Of a stretch of 43,891 bases of DNA, positions 19,216 through 29,619 are shown in pieces; position 1 is the first letter of the stretch, and every line of letters begins with the position of its first letter. The notes beneath the pieces are model-generated. The model saw nothing but the letters and a program-made list of their open reading frames with translations, ran no database searches and had not been told where the DNA came from. Source of the DNA: Luminiphilus sp. (lineage in GTDB: Bacteria; Pseudomonadota; Gammaproteobacteria; Pseudomonadales; Halieaceae); the NCBI GenBank assembly GCA_038151055.1, contig JAYOUT010000001.1, forward strand, positions 34,193-78,083, given 5' to 3'. The position numbers were made by a program, and so were the translations under genes.

Positions 19216-20087
19216 CGCCAAAGCTCATCATCATTAGCGGCAGCTCTGGCGCAGGCAAAAGTAGCGCACTGCGCTTGTTGGAGGACGAGGGTTATTACTG
19301 TGTCGATAATCTGCCACCCCGGTTATTGCCCGAGTTTTCCGAGGAAATACTGAAGCACCCCGAATACCAGCGATTTCATGGTATTGCGGTAGGCATAGAT
19401 GCCCGCACTATTGGCGTAGAACATGAGCATGAAACTGCAGCGCTTCAGCACCTGTTGGCCTTGCCCGATCGACTCATCGTTTTCATCGATGCGCAGCCAC
19501 ATGTTCTCCTGAAACGATTCAGCGAAACACGTCGCCGACACCCGCTCGCGGGGCCGAATAACTCTTTGCCTGAGGCCATTGCTAAAGAGCGCAAGCACTT
19601 GGAATTTATTGCCGCCCAGGCAGACCTATTGGTTGATACGACGGATCTGACGCCTCGCGGCTTACGAGACATGATTACCAGTAGAATTGTGGAGCAGCGC
19701 GATGGCTTATCGATCTTGTTGGAGTCATTTGCCTTCAAACGCGGTGTACCCACCGATGCGGATTTTGTGTTTGATGCGCGTGCCCTGCCCAATCCTTACT
19801 GGCGCGAAGATCTCCGCGGTCTGACGGGCATGGATGAACCCGTAAAACACTTTTTGGATGGCGACGAGCGCTGCGTCGCGTTCTACACCAAGCTCAGCGC
19901 CTTTATTACAGATGCCCTGCGCGAGTTCGATCAGTCAGATCGTAGCTATGTCACGGTAGCCATCGGCTGCACAGGGGGGCAACACCGATCGGTGTACCTC
20001 GCAGAAAAACTTTACACCGACATGGTGTCTCAGTTTCCCGCTGCAAAAATTCGTCACCGTGATCTCCCTGAGGCGGCGGCCTCATGA
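19212..20087 (+). CDS. rapZ: RNase adapter RapZ / P-loop NTPase
   Basis: GSSGAGKS, YCVDNLP, RFSETRRRHPL, LPNPYW, IGCTGGQHRSV. Confidence 0.96.
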   Translation: MTPKLIIISGSSGAGKSSALRLLEDEGYYCVDNLPPRLLPEFSEEILKHPEYQRFHGIAVGIDARTIGVEHEHETAALQHLLALPDRLIVFIDAQPHVLLKRFSETRRRHPLAGPNNSLPEAIAKERKHLEFIAAQADLLVDTTDLTPRGLRDMITSRIVEQRDGLSILLESFAFKRGVPTDADFVFDARALPNPYWREDLRGLTGMDEPVKHFLDGDERCVAFYTKLSAFITDALREFDQSDRSYVTVAIGCTGGQHRSVYLAEKLYTDMVSQFPAAKIRHRDLPEAAAS

Positions 20088-20353
20088 GCACCTCCATCCT
20101 CACCGTGGTGAACCCCCTCGGACTTCATGCCAGACCCGCGGCGAAGCTGGTCGACTGTGCGGCCAGATTTACCAGCGATATCCGACTGGCACATGGTACT
20201 CAGGACATTGATGCCAAAAGCATCATGTCGGTTTTGATGCTTGCTGCACCCTGCGGTGCAGAGCTGACGCTGACAGCGACCGGCCCTGACGAGACGGCAG
20301 CTACCGAGGCATTAGCGGCGCTTTTTGCCAGCGGGTTTGGTGAGCTGGAATAA
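20084..20353 (+). CDS. npr: Phosphocarrier protein NPr/HPr
   Basis: GLHARPAAKL and DAKSIMSVLML. Confidence 0.92.
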   Translation: MSTSILTVVNPLGLHARPAAKLVDCAARFTSDIRLAHGTQDIDAKSIMSVLMLAAPCGAELTLTATGPDETAATEALAALFASGFGELE

Positions 20354-20427
20354 GTCACAAAGGACACTTGGTAGCTAGACCTTCACGACCGGTGACGGAT
20401 AATGGCCGCTCTAAAGGAGGCCCTGCC

Positions 20428-21774
20428 GTGAACTCACCTGGTCATCTCCCCACCAAGACAGAGCGTCTTGAGCTGGCGTTACGCTCAGGGACTCTGGCCG
20501 ACGTGGCCGGCATGCTGGCAGAGATGTCTCCGGGCGATGTGGCCTATCTGATCAGCTCATCACCCCCGGATTATCGTGACTTGCTGCTAGGGCTACTGGA
20601 GCCCGATCAAGAAGTGCTGGTGGTCAACGAACTCCCAGACGACCTCCGCAACGCCACGCTACTGGACAGAGAGCCAGAAGCGCTGGCGGAAATCGTTGAG
20701 CAACTCGATGAGGATGACGTCGCGGACATTCTCCACGAGCTCCCGGACGAGGTCACCGGGCAGGTGCTCGCCATTCTGGATGAGCAGTCCCGGCAGCGCT
20801 TACAAAAAGTACTGAGCTTCCCCGACGATGTGGCGGGCGGCCTGATGAGCACCGATGTCATCACTATCCGCGCAGATCTGACGTTAGATGTTGTATTGCG
20901 CTACTTGCGTCGACACTCAGAAATACCCCCCAACACCGACAACCTGATTGTCGTGAACCGCAACGATCGCTTTGTCGGCTTACTGCCACTGAGTACGGTC
21001 TTGGTCTCTGACCCGGCCATATCGGTTCGCGAAATGATGATTACGGACCAAGATGCGATCAATGCAGAGGTATCTGCAACCGAGGTTGCACGACGCTTTG
21101 AACGCAATGACTGGATTTCGGCGCCAGTAGTTGACGACGAAGGCAAACTACTGGGCCGCATCACCATCGATGATGTGGTCGACGTGATCCGGGAAGAGGC
21201 AGACCACTCTCTCACCTCTCTCGCTCGCTTGGCCGAGGAGGATACCTTCGCCACCGCTTGGCAATCAGCGCCCAGACGCGCAGTGTGGCTGGGCGTGAAC
21301 TTGGCGACGGCATTACTGGCGTCATCAGTTATTAATCTCTTTCAGGGCACGATCGAAAAAGTGGTCGCACTGGCAGTACTGATGCCGATTGTCGCGTCGA
21401 TGGGCGGTATCGCGGGCACGCAGAGTTTGACCATATTGATCCGCGCTATGGCAATGGGCCAGATCAATGACCGTAATCAACTCTGGCTGGTGGGGCGCGA
21501 ATCGCTGGTGGGCCTATTGAACGGCGCACTCTGGGCTCTGGTCATCGCGGTCACTGCGTCTCTTTGGTTCGACGATGCCGTCCTGGGGATCATCATCGGT
21601 TGCGCCATGCTCATCAATCTCATTACCGCAGGTGTAGCGGGTGCAGGCCTACCCATTGTGCTGCGGAGGCTACAGGTAGACCCGGCTTTGGCAGGCGGTG
21701 TGCTGGTAACCACCATCACCGATGTCATCGGATTCCTAGCCTTTTTAGGTCTCGCAACCTTGTTTTACGCCTGA
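20428..21774 (+). CDS. mgtE: Magnesium transporter MgtE
   Basis: AGGLM, CBS pair, GRITIDDV, MPIVASMGG.AG.Q, DPALAGG..VTTITD. GTG 20428 behind AAGGAGG. Confidence 0.95.
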   Translation: MNSPGHLPTKTERLELALRSGTLADVAGMLAEMSPGDVAYLISSSPPDYRDLLLGLLEPDQEVLVVNELPDDLRNATLLDREPEALAEIVEQLDEDDVADILHELPDEVTGQVLAILDEQSRQRLQKVLSFPDDVAGGLMSTDVITIRADLTLDVVLRYLRRHSEIPPNTDNLIVVNRNDRFVGLLPLSTVLVSDPAISVREMMITDQDAINAEVSATEVARRFERNDWISAPVVDDEGKLLGRITIDDVVDVIREEADHSLTSLARLAEEDTFATAWQSAPRRAVWLGVNLATALLASSVINLFQGTIEKVVALAVLMPIVASMGGIAGTQSLTILIRAMAMGQINDRNQLWLVGRESLVGLLNGALWALVIAVTASLWFDDAVLGIIIGCAMLINLITAGVAGAGLPIVLRRLQVDPALAGGVLVTTITDVIGFLAFLGLATLFYA

Positions 21775-21815
21775 GCTTTTCATGTCTGAATTTATCGTCT
21801 TTGTGACAAGTAACC

Positions 21816-22346
21816 ATGGTTAGCGACCCTGACGATCTTCACGAGGAAGTAGCGCGGCCGAGCAAGAGTGAGCGCAAACGAGCAATGCTGGCGCTGCAAG
21901 AGATGGGGGAGCGGCTCGTTTCGCTGCCGCAAGCCGACCTTGAAAAGATATCGATCGAAGATGAGCAATTGCGGGATGCGATCGAATTGGCTCGTCGCAT
22001 CACTGCCAGAGGCGGTCGCAAGAGACAGCTACAGTTTATTGGCAAACTCATGCGATCTGTCGATGTCGAATCGATCAGAGAAGGGCTGTCGGCGCTAGAT
22101 CAGCAGCACGTTCAGCGCGCTGCCGAATTTCATCGTATCGAGAAGGCGCGGGACAGACTGCGTGATGAAGGCGACGATGCGGTAGGCGATACACTTGCTA
22201 CCTGGCCCCAAGCAGAGGCCTCGTGGCTCCGTCAGTGGATACGGCAACACCCCACTGAGGTGGCGCGGGGAAATGAGAAAAGCCACCTGAGGAAACTGTT
22301 TCGCTATCTGGCAGATTTAGATCAATCGGCTGAAGCCGAATTCTGA
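21816..22346 (+). CDS. yjgA: Ribosome biogenesis factor YjgA/DarP
   Basis: SKSERKR...LQ..GE.L, RQLQFIGKLMR, FH.IE..RD.L, RKLFRYL. Confidence 0.92.
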   Translation: MVSDPDDLHEEVARPSKSERKRAMLALQEMGERLVSLPQADLEKISIEDEQLRDAIELARRITARGGRKRQLQFIGKLMRSVDVESIREGLSALDQQHVQRAAEFHRIEKARDRLRDEGDDAVGDTLATWPQAEASWLRQWIRQHPTEVARGNEKSHLRKLFRYLADLDQSAEAEF

Positions 22347-25300
22347 GCCTCTGCCTGGGTGACGCGCGATTGGGCGTCGAAAACACGCTCGAAGACGACC
22401 TCCGGTTCATTAAGACTGCCCGTCACAGAATAGACGCCGCTCGATAGCTGGTTAACCTGATCTTCAAACACTTTACTCACCAGATAGGTGCCGGCAGCGA
22501 CGGGAAGCCCTCCTGCTAACGCCGCGACCCAAGGAATATTTTCGACCAGCGGTAGCGTGACAACGAGCTCCCCGTTGACGGTCTCGTCCCGCAGATTAAT
22601 GTCGCTGGAGAAATTAAAATAACCTCCCGAACCCTCCACTGAGAATCCGGGTATGTTCAGCATGCCCTCATTGAAATCGAATCGCCCCTGGGCGCGGTCA
22701 AAGGTCACTCCCGCATCAAACAATTGAGTGACGTTGGCCCGCCGAAATAGCCCAGACAGATTCATCAGGCTCAGCAAACGGAGTGCGCCAGAGGCTTCAG
22801 CATTTGCTGACGTGAAAGACCCGGTCCTCATTTCAAGATCCATATGGCCCGTGACCTCAACCAATTGGAAATCATTGGGCCGCCCGGGCCACTGCCACTC
22901 AGCATCAATACTGCCACTGCGCGTGGCAACAATAGGCGCCACCCCAACAAGGCTGAGTGACTGCGCAATGTCGTTCAACTCTGCCGACAACGACAAGGTC
23001 GTGGCCTCCTCCCCCTCGATGCGCCAATCAATATGCGTACTCGGTAGCCACTTGATGCCCAGAAAATCGCCTGCAATGTCACGGAACTGCCAACCCTCCC
23101 CGTCGCGGTAATCGACGACGAGGCTCAACGCGCCGAGATCGGTATCACCCCGCCTCACCTCCTCAACATAAATCGGTAACTGCCGCATCCAACCGCCAAC
23201 TAACCCCTGAGGTTCAGGAGGTGCGGCGTCGGTTATTTCTTCGCTCAACGTCGGTAAGCCCTGCAGATCGAGAGAAGACAGCGTCAGGGCGCGCTCCGTT
23301 TTGACTTCCATTCCGGCGTCAGACTCTGAAACGGGCAAGCCCGCGCTCTGTGTGTACTCGCCGCTCAGCCAGGGTAAATCAAACCGCGCGGACCAATCAG
23401 ATCGATGCGCACGCACGTTGAGGCTGAGGCCGCCGAGCTCCTCCCCTCTCCAGAGTAGCCGACCCACCCGCAAATCCTGAGCCTGCAGCGGCACTGAAGC
23501 CCCATCGGCACTGAAGGGGAGCCCAAATTCGACGTCCTGCCATTCCGCAGGATCCAGAGAGGGTATAAAGCCACTCAGGGTCAAGCCGGGATCGGGGGCC
23601 CTGGCTGGCCAAGAAGGGGGCCGGGTTCGCGGTGTCACATCGATAGCCGTTGCCAGGTCGCCCATGGCAGGAAAATCGCCAACCGCGGACAGACGACCAA
23701 ACCAAAAAATTTCCCATGCCGCCCAGTCTCGGTCCCGCCAGGTCACTCTGAGGGGGGCTCGAGACGCTTGAGCCTTACCCCAGGGCGATGGCAGGTCCAC
23801 TGCTACGCCGGTTAAATCTGACTGCATATCAACCGTGACGCTGTCGGCGACGGTCACTTCAACCTCGACCGGGGTCGTTCCCTCTGCAGGCAGCGGCATT
23901 GTCACCGCTTGCCATGATAAAAGGTCGGTCACCGCGACCTCCGTCTGCACGCGAGCCGCGAGCAATGGATCGGGCGTACTCGTTAAGTGCGCCCCCATCT
24001 CAACCTGAAGCGGTCGGTCAAACACGGTCCCTCGTAGCTCGTCGCTGACAAACCCTGAATCGGTACCATAACTGAATGCACCGGTGACCCCGTCAGCTTC
24101 CAAGTTGAGCAGCGCGGAGGCAACACGCACGCTGTCGAGCCTGGACGTGACGCGAACATCCACCGTTTGGTCGATGCTGCGGAGATCGAAGGCCAGATTC
24201 AGATCAGACACCACATCGGCCTCCCCCGCCACGGTCAAATCATCCATGACTGGCGCTGCGACCGCGAGGACCGGGAGTTGGCGCAGCGTATTCAAGACTT
24301 TTACCGGTGTCGCCGCTGCCCGAGCTTGCAACGCAAGAGGAATGCCCTCAGATGCAATCTGAATACCGACCCGGGTGGCGTCTATTGCCACATCGGCAAT
24401 CATCCCTCGTGAGGACCAGACATCAATCTCGGTGTCATTGAGACGTAGCTGGCTGGTGACCAGAGACGCATCAGGCCAATCTGGCTGATAACGTAAGTTA
24501 ACGTTGGACAAATTAGCGGCGAGTTGCATGGTTTGGCTGGGGTGACCATAGGGGCGAAACCCGCCGTGCCAGAGAAAAATTGCGTCGTCTAAATACCCCG
24601 AGGGCAGGGCTTCGGCTAACCAATCATAGGCAGCTGGCGGCATTCGGTAGGGCACGTAGGCCTGACGGATGGCGGCAGGGGCATTTTGTACCGCCGCCGC
24701 CAAACGCATCTCCAAGGGAATCGCAGGCGGCTTGGAGAGCGGAATATCAATTTCAAACTGAATCACCGCATCGTGGTCCGTGGCCTCGGCAAGTAACAGC
24801 CCCTTCTCCAGAAACAGTGCACCGCGTTGCCAGCGGCCGTCCAACCTTCCCACCACTCCGGAAGCATTAATGGGGTTCTCATAAACATTGGGCAGCCCGA
24901 GGGTGAAGTCGGTCGTCGCGATCCAGGCAGTGGCACCGGTCTCATCGCCGGACACGGAGGCGTCTATGCCCTCTAACGCAGGCACATTGCGAAAAGCAGC
25001 CGTCGACGCGTCAGTGACTTCTACCTGCCCTGCCCAATCACTCAACGGATTTTCAAGTGACGCGACATCAAGCAGCAGGCTCTCAATCACACCACGAGGG
25101 TTCAACGCCGCGAGCACGGCGCTCACCTTTTCAGGCAACACGCCGCTCTGCACGAGCGCATCCACTGCAGGGGCCACTTCCCATCGCCCCGTGAGAATGC
25201 GCCAACCCTGCTCGGGCCGCGTCACCTGCACCCTGGGAAAAGCGTGTAACTGGGAGCCAATCGCCACCGAAGCCTGATCAATCCATATCTCGGCCTGCTC

Positions 25301-26167
25301 GGGCAAGCCCGCAAAGGACGCGTTCAGCCCCAGCAGGTCGATCCTCACATCTCGCGCACCCTGCACCTTCAGATTGTCTAAATCGATCTGAATAACACCG
25401 CTGGGTTGACCCTGAGCCACGGACAGCCAAAAGTCCGCTCCGCCCTCCGCAGCCGCTTCAAAACCAAACCAGCGCGCTAACAAGGCAGCACCCCGACCAC
25501 TGAGGTGTCCGTGCGCCTCACCCATAAACTGGCTGAATTCAAAGGGGTTGCCGATTCCCGAACCTTCTGCGGAGAGCACGACGCCCGCCGGTGCTTCAAC
25601 CGCCAGCCTGACCGTTCTGACACTGCGATCCCGCACCAGATCCAGATCGATTCGAAGTGAATCCAGATTGTCGACGGAACCGGTCGCACCGCCTTGTGCC
25701 ACGATCTGGGCATCGCGAATGTGCAAGCGCTCAAAACTATTGAACAGATCACGCAAGCCGGCGGGCAGACGTGGCGCCCCGGCGTCCGGGTCGGGAGACC
25801 AGCGAATGCGCGGCGCAGTCAATATCAACTCATTGAAACGCAGGGCGCGACTGAGCAGCGTGTCCCAGGGGTCAATCCTGACGCTGGCGGAGGGAAAAAC
25901 GACCCGGTCACCCGTGACGGCATCCATCAAAGCCAAGTCGACCAGATCCAGCCGTGGAGAAAAACCGTCCATGGCGCCGGTGATGGCGCCAATGGTGATC
26001 TCTGCATCAAAGCGCTGGGCAACGGCCGCTTCGATGTCGGTCTGAAACTTGGGTAGGGCGCCGAGTAACACGCGCCCGCCACTCACATAAATGGCGAGCC
26101 CGATCAGCGCTAAAACCATCGCCGGCCATACGATCCGGCCCATATTGCGCGGGATGGCTCTAACCAT
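22322..26167 (-). CDS. yhdP: AsmA-like phospholipid transport protein YhdP
   Basis: 1281 aa, N-terminal TM helix, AsmA2-like C-terminus (F..G..FD, YSVTGSLNEP); downstream of maf. Confidence 0.88.
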   Translation of the reverse strand: MVRAIPRNMGRIVWPAMVLALIGLAIYVSGGRVLLGALPKFQTDIEAAVAQRFDAEITIGAITGAMDGFSPRLDLVDLALMDAVTGDRVVFPSASVRIDPWDTLLSRALRFNELILTAPRIRWSPDPDAGAPRLPAGLRDLFNSFERLHIRDAQIVAQGGATGSVDNLDSLRIDLDLVRDRSVRTVRLAVEAPAGVVLSAEGSGIGNPFEFSQFMGEAHGHLSGRGAALLARWFGFEAAAEGGADFWLSVAQGQPSGVIQIDLDNLKVQGARDVRIDLLGLNASFAGLPEQAEIWIDQASVAIGSQLHAFPRVQVTRPEQGWRILTGRWEVAPAVDALVQSGVLPEKVSAVLAALNPRGVIESLLLDVASLENPLSDWAGQVEVTDASTAAFRNVPALEGIDASVSGDETGATAWIATTDFTLGLPNVYENPINASGVVGRLDGRWQRGALFLEKGLLLAEATDHDAVIQFEIDIPLSKPPAIPLEMRLAAAVQNAPAAIRQAYVPYRMPPAAYDWLAEALPSGYLDDAIFLWHGGFRPYGHPSQTMQLAANLSNVNLRYQPDWPDASLVTSQLRLNDTEIDVWSSRGMIADVAIDATRVGIQIASEGIPLALQARAAATPVKVLNTLRQLPVLAVAAPVMDDLTVAGEADVVSDLNLAFDLRSIDQTVDVRVTSRLDSVRVASALLNLEADGVTGAFSYGTDSGFVSDELRGTVFDRPLQVEMGAHLTSTPDPLLAARVQTEVAVTDLLSWQAVTMPLPAEGTTPVEVEVTVADSVTVDMQSDLTGVAVDLPSPWGKAQASRAPLRVTWRDRDWAAWEIFWFGRLSAVGDFPAMGDLATAIDVTPRTRPPSWPARAPDPGLTLSGFIPSLDPAEWQDVEFGLPFSADGASVPLQAQDLRVGRLLWRGEELGGLSLNVRAHRSDWSARFDLPWLSGEYTQSAGLPVSESDAGMEVKTERALTLSSLDLQGLPTLSEEITDAAPPEPQGLVGGWMRQLPIYVEEVRRGDTDLGALSLVVDYRDGEGWQFRDIAGDFLGIKWLPSTHIDWRIEGEEATTLSLSAELNDIAQSLSLVGVAPIVATRSGSIDAEWQWPGRPNDFQLVEVTGHMDLEMRTGSFTSANAEASGALRLLSLMNLSGLFRRANVTQLFDAGVTFDRAQGRFDFNEGMLNIPGFSVEGSGGYFNFSSDINLRDETVNGELVVTLPLVENIPWVAALAGGLPVAAGTYLVSKVFEDQVNQLSSGVYSVTGSLNEPEVVFERVFDAQSRVTQAEAQNSASAD

Positions 26168-26726
26168 GTCGCAACGTCACACCCGAAGCCACCAGTAGTG
26201 CCCGCGTTTCGCAAAGCGGCAGGCCGACAACAGCCGAATAACTACCCTCAATTCGTTCAACAAACGACCCCGCATAACCTTGAATACCGTAACCTCCGGC
26301 CTTGTCCCAAGGTTCGTCAGTCATCAGAAACCGGTTGATGGCCTCTTCAGATAACCGGGTGAACGTCACTGTGGTAGAGACAACAACCGTTTGCACCGTC
26401 TCAGTCGAGGCCAGGGCAACAGCTGTATGCACTGCGTGTGTGGTATCCGAGAGCAAACTCAGCATACGGTGCGCATCCTCGGCATCGGCCGGTTTACCCA
26501 GAATCTCCCGCCCTAGGCAAACGGTGGTATCAGCCCCCAAGCTCAGTGTGCCGGCAGCCGCGCAGTGAACGGCCTTGGCGGCCGCTAAACGAGCGACATA
26601 ATCATGGGGTTCCTCGTCCTGATGATGTGCCTCGTCGACCTCTGGCGAGGCAATGTCGAACTCCGACACCAGCATCGAAAGCAACTCCCTTCGGCGAGGG
26701 CTTGAGGACGCGAGTAAGACGCGCAT
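26160..26726 (-). CDS. maf: Maf-like nucleotide pyrophosphatase (YhdE type)
   Basis: LASSSPRRRELL, GADT, ILGKP, DKAGGYGIQG, VVGLPL. Start ATG 26726 overlaps the mreD stop. Confidence 0.95.
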   Translation of the reverse strand: MRVLLASSSPRRRELLSMLVSEFDIASPEVDEAHHQDEEPHDYVARLAAAKAVHCAAAGTLSLGADTTVCLGREILGKPADAEDAHRMLSLLSDTTHAVHTAVALASTETVQTVVVSTTVTFTRLSEEAINRFLMTDEPWDKAGGYGIQGYAGSFVERIEGSYSAVVGLPLCETRALLVASGVTLRHG

Positions 26727-27208
26727 CAATACACCTCGTAGTGTCGACGAGAGTGGCGCAATATCGACCTCACCGGAATCCAACACAACATGGAAAGCAG
26801 CAAAGCCAACATGCCGCTTAGTGGGATGACCGGGATGTCGATGCCGTTCCTGAGCCATTGCTCGACACCCGAGCTCAGGAGCAGTAACACCAGCATGACG
26901 AAGCTTTGCTGTGCCACATCGTATTGCCGGACCCTTTGGTAACTGAACAAAAGGACCAGCGTCGCCAACATTAAACCCGGAGAGGATAGCCCCAGCGGAG
27001 CGCCTTCAATCAGGTCTTGCAACAGACCTACCGTACAGGCGGTTGCCACCCCCACACGGTGAGGTAAAGCCAGCGTCCAATAAAAAAGCGTGAGCGCGGC
27101 GATCTCCGGTCTGAGTATGCGCCACTCCAGTGGCACGGGTATGAACATCACTAAGAGCGCAGCGACCAGCGAGAGGTAGATGACCCATGAAGCGTGTGCC
27201 CTGTTCAT
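26726..27208 (-). CDS. mreD: Rod shape-determining protein MreD
   Basis: RP....L.L.YW.LALPHRVG...A..VGLL.DL.EG..LG. Confidence 0.93.
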   Translation of the reverse strand: MNRAHASWVIYLSLVAALLVMFIPVPLEWRILRPEIAALTLFYWTLALPHRVGVATACTVGLLQDLIEGAPLGLSSPGLMLATLVLLFSYQRVRQYDVAQQSFVMLVLLLLSSGVEQWLRNGIDIPVIPLSGMLALLLSMLCWIPVRSILRHSRRHYEVY

Positions 27209-28050
27209 GGATTGGTCGATTCGGATTGTTGGGCGGCTCTGGCGACAACCAGCACATGGCGACCGCGGTCCAGCGCGGACGAAGGCGCGGCGTTAACCAT
27301 CGCGAATGCGTCGCCGGGAGTGATGGTCACATTCGTCACTCTTGCCACGGGGTAGCCATGTGGGAAGCGCCCCCCTAAGCCCGAGGTCACCAATAAATCG
27401 CCCACCCTGATATCAGTGGTCGCAGCAAGATGACGAATGACCAAACGATCGATAGCGCCGCTTCCTTCTGCAATCGCTCGCAGGCCCGAGCGATTGACTT
27501 GCACGGGCAGTGCGTGGGCGCTGTCAGTGATCAGTACCGCTCGACTGTTGTACTCGCCCACCAGCACAATCTGGCCGATCAAGCCCTCGGCGCCCAAGAC
27601 AGGCTGTCCCTCCATCACTCCGTCGGCAGCGCCTTTATCCAAAATCACCACGTGGCGAGCGGGGTCGGGCGAAAGAGAAGTAATTTGCGCCACCACTAAT
27701 TCGTCCTCGATGTCCCGGGCCGAATTGAGCAGCGCTTTATACCGCGCGTTTTCCGACAGCAGCGAGGCCAGACGCTGCGTCTGGCCTTTGAGCACACGGT
27801 TCTCCTGCTCCAGACGCAGCACCTCATCCTGGAGTGCGTTTCTGGATTCAAATGCCGCGACGAGGCGATCCCATGCATCCAGCGGCGCCAGCACGAGCCC
27901 CGCGGTGAAGGCGACGGTGTCGGTGGCACCCCGTTGCATGGCTGCCACTCGCGGATGATCCCTGAAGAAAAATAGCACCACCAAACACAGTGCCGTGAGC
28001 ACAAGGAACCTTGCGCTGATCGGATTCTGTTTCAGGAAAAGCGGTTTGAT
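27205..28050 (-). CDS. mreC: Rod shape-determining protein MreC (probable ATC start)
   Basis: L.SEN.R...LL, ILDKG..DGV, GLIGQ, PVQVNR, LVTSGLGGRFP.GYPVA. The frame extends upstream to IKPLF at 28050; the track start is GTG 28002. Confidence 0.92.
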   Translation of the reverse strand: MKPLFLKQNPISARFLVLTALCLVVLFFFRDHPRVAAMQRGATDTVAFTAGLVLAPLDAWDRLVAAFESRNALQDEVLRLEQENRVLKGQTQRLASLLSENARYKALLNSARDIEDELVVAQITSLSPDPARHVVILDKGAADGVMEGQPVLGAEGLIGQIVLVGEYNSRAVLITDSAHALPVQVNRSGLRAIAEGSGAIDRLVIRHLAATTDIRVGDLLVTSGLGGRFPHGYPVARVTNVTITPGDAFAMVNAAPSSALDRGRHVLVVARAAQQSESTNP

Positions 28051-28074
28051 GACGCTGCTCCGTTCGTGCGGAAC

Positions 28075-29112
28075 TTACTCCGTGGAGAGCAGATCCAAAA
28101 CGTGGCGATCCATCAGCTCAAGCGCCTTACCGCCACCTCTTGCGACGCAGGTCAATGGGTCCTCGGCAATATAGACAGGCAGGCCTGTCTCATTTGATAT
28201 GCGCTTATCAAGGTCGGTCAGCAGTGCCCCACCGCCTGTCAAAACGATGCCCGACTCCGCAATGTCGGCGGCCAGTTCAGGGGGGGATTGCTCCAAAGCC
28301 AACTTGACCGATCGCATCATGGCGTCCAGCGGTTCCTCGAGCGCGGTCAGTATTTCGTCGTTAGTCAGGGTAAAGCTGCGCGGCACACCTTCAGCAAGGT
28401 GGCGGCCTCTCACGTCGATTTCTTTCAATTCGTCCGACTTGTAGCCGCAGCCGACCTCCTGCTTGATGCGCTCAGCCGTTGAATCACCAATCAAACTTCC
28501 GTACTTACGCCTGACATAGGAGACGATGGATTCGTCGAATCGATCGCCACCGATACGAATCGAATCACGGTACACCACCCCGTTCAGTGAGATGATCGCG
28601 ATTTCGGTCGTGCCACCACCAATATCAACGACCATACAGCCGCTGGCTTCTTCCACCTGCAACCCGGCGCCAATTGCGGCGGCCATCGGCTCTTCGATCA
28701 ATTTGACTTCCCGGGCGCCCGCGCTCAGGGCTGATTCCCGGATAGCTCTGCGCTCCACCTGAGTGGAAGTACAGGGGACACAAATGAGTACTCTGGGACT
28801 CGGCCGGATGAACTTAGACTCATGCACTTTAGCGATAAAGTGCTGCAGCATTTTCTCGGTCACCTGAAAATCTGCGATGACCCCATCTTTGAGCGGCCGG
28901 ATAGCCTGAATGTTGCCGGGGGTTCTTCCCAACATCCGCTTGGCTTCTTTCCCCACCGCCTCGATAGATTTTTGACCGTTGTGCATTCGTATGGCGACGA
29001 CTGACGGTTCGTCGAGAATAATGCCCCGCTCCTTGACATAGATCAGTGTATTGGCCGTCCCTAGGTCAATAGACAGATCGGTGGAAAACATTCCTCGGAG
29101 GCGCTTGAGCAT
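28075..29112 (-). CDS. mreB: Rod shape-determining actin-like protein MreB
   Basis: [31 protein letters not shown]. Start 29112 or 29115. Confidence 0.99.
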   Translation of the reverse strand: MLKRLRGMFSTDLSIDLGTANTLIYVKERGIILDEPSVVAIRMHNGQKSIEAVGKEAKRMLGRTPGNIQAIRPLKDGVIADFQVTEKMLQHFIAKVHESKFIRPSPRVLICVPCTSTQVERRAIRESALSAGAREVKLIEEPMAAAIGAGLQVEEASGCMVVDIGGGTTEIAIISLNGVVYRDSIRIGGDRFDESIVSYVRRKYGSLIGDSTAERIKQEVGCGYKSDELKEIDVRGRHLAEGVPRSFTLTNDEILTALEEPLDAMMRSVKLALEQSPPELAADIAESGIVLTGGGALLTDLDKRISNETGLPVYIAEDPLTCVARGGGKALELMDRHVLDLLSTE

Positions 29113-29331
29113 CATCGTTCCCTGATTGTGAAATCATTATCTGGCGAGGTTGGCTTCGGAGGGGGGTCTGGAGACTGGGCGAATCGCCGCAGCCTACAGG
29201 CGTGTGACGCCAAAAATGCCCCCAAATCCAGCGCTTAAGACGCCAATATCGCGATGAATGTAGCAATGCAAGGGTTTTTGGGCAAGCCGCAAGTATGTTA
29301 GTTTTCGCGGCCTTCGACGAGGATAGCCCTT

Positions 29332-29619
29332 ATGTCCGTGACACCCCAAGATGTCGAGAAGGTGGCCCTGCTCGCCCGCCTGACCATATCGGAATCTGAA
29401 CTGCCAGAGGTGACCGAGAGATTCTCACGGGTACTCAATCTGGTCGATGAATTGAATACCATCGACACCGCCGACGTTGTACCCATGTCCAACCCGCATG
29501 ACATGGAGCAGCGCCTCAGGCCCGACCAAGTGACGCGCGAGAACAATCGAGAAGCACTGATGGCATCAGCACCGTCACAGGAACAGGGCTATTTTCTCGT
29601 GCCAAAAGTGATCGACTGA
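29332..29619 (+). CDS. gatC: Asp/Glu-tRNA amidotransferase subunit C
   Basis: [21 protein letters not shown]. Confidence 0.96.
   Translation: MSVTPQDVEKVALLARLTISESELPEVTERFSRVLNLVDELNTIDTADVVPMSNPHDMEQRLRPDQVTRENNREALMASAPSQEQGYFLVPKVID

Noticed and set aside
26727-26858. Upstream extensions of the maf ORF (likewise moeB, gatB, rpoN and mgtE)
   Set aside because: Longest-ORF artefacts; conserved N-termini, RBS positions or stop/start overlaps point to later starts.
29116-29331. mreB-gatC spacer as a possible ncRNA
   Set aside because: Its length is explained by divergent promoters, and I found no convincing nested stems.
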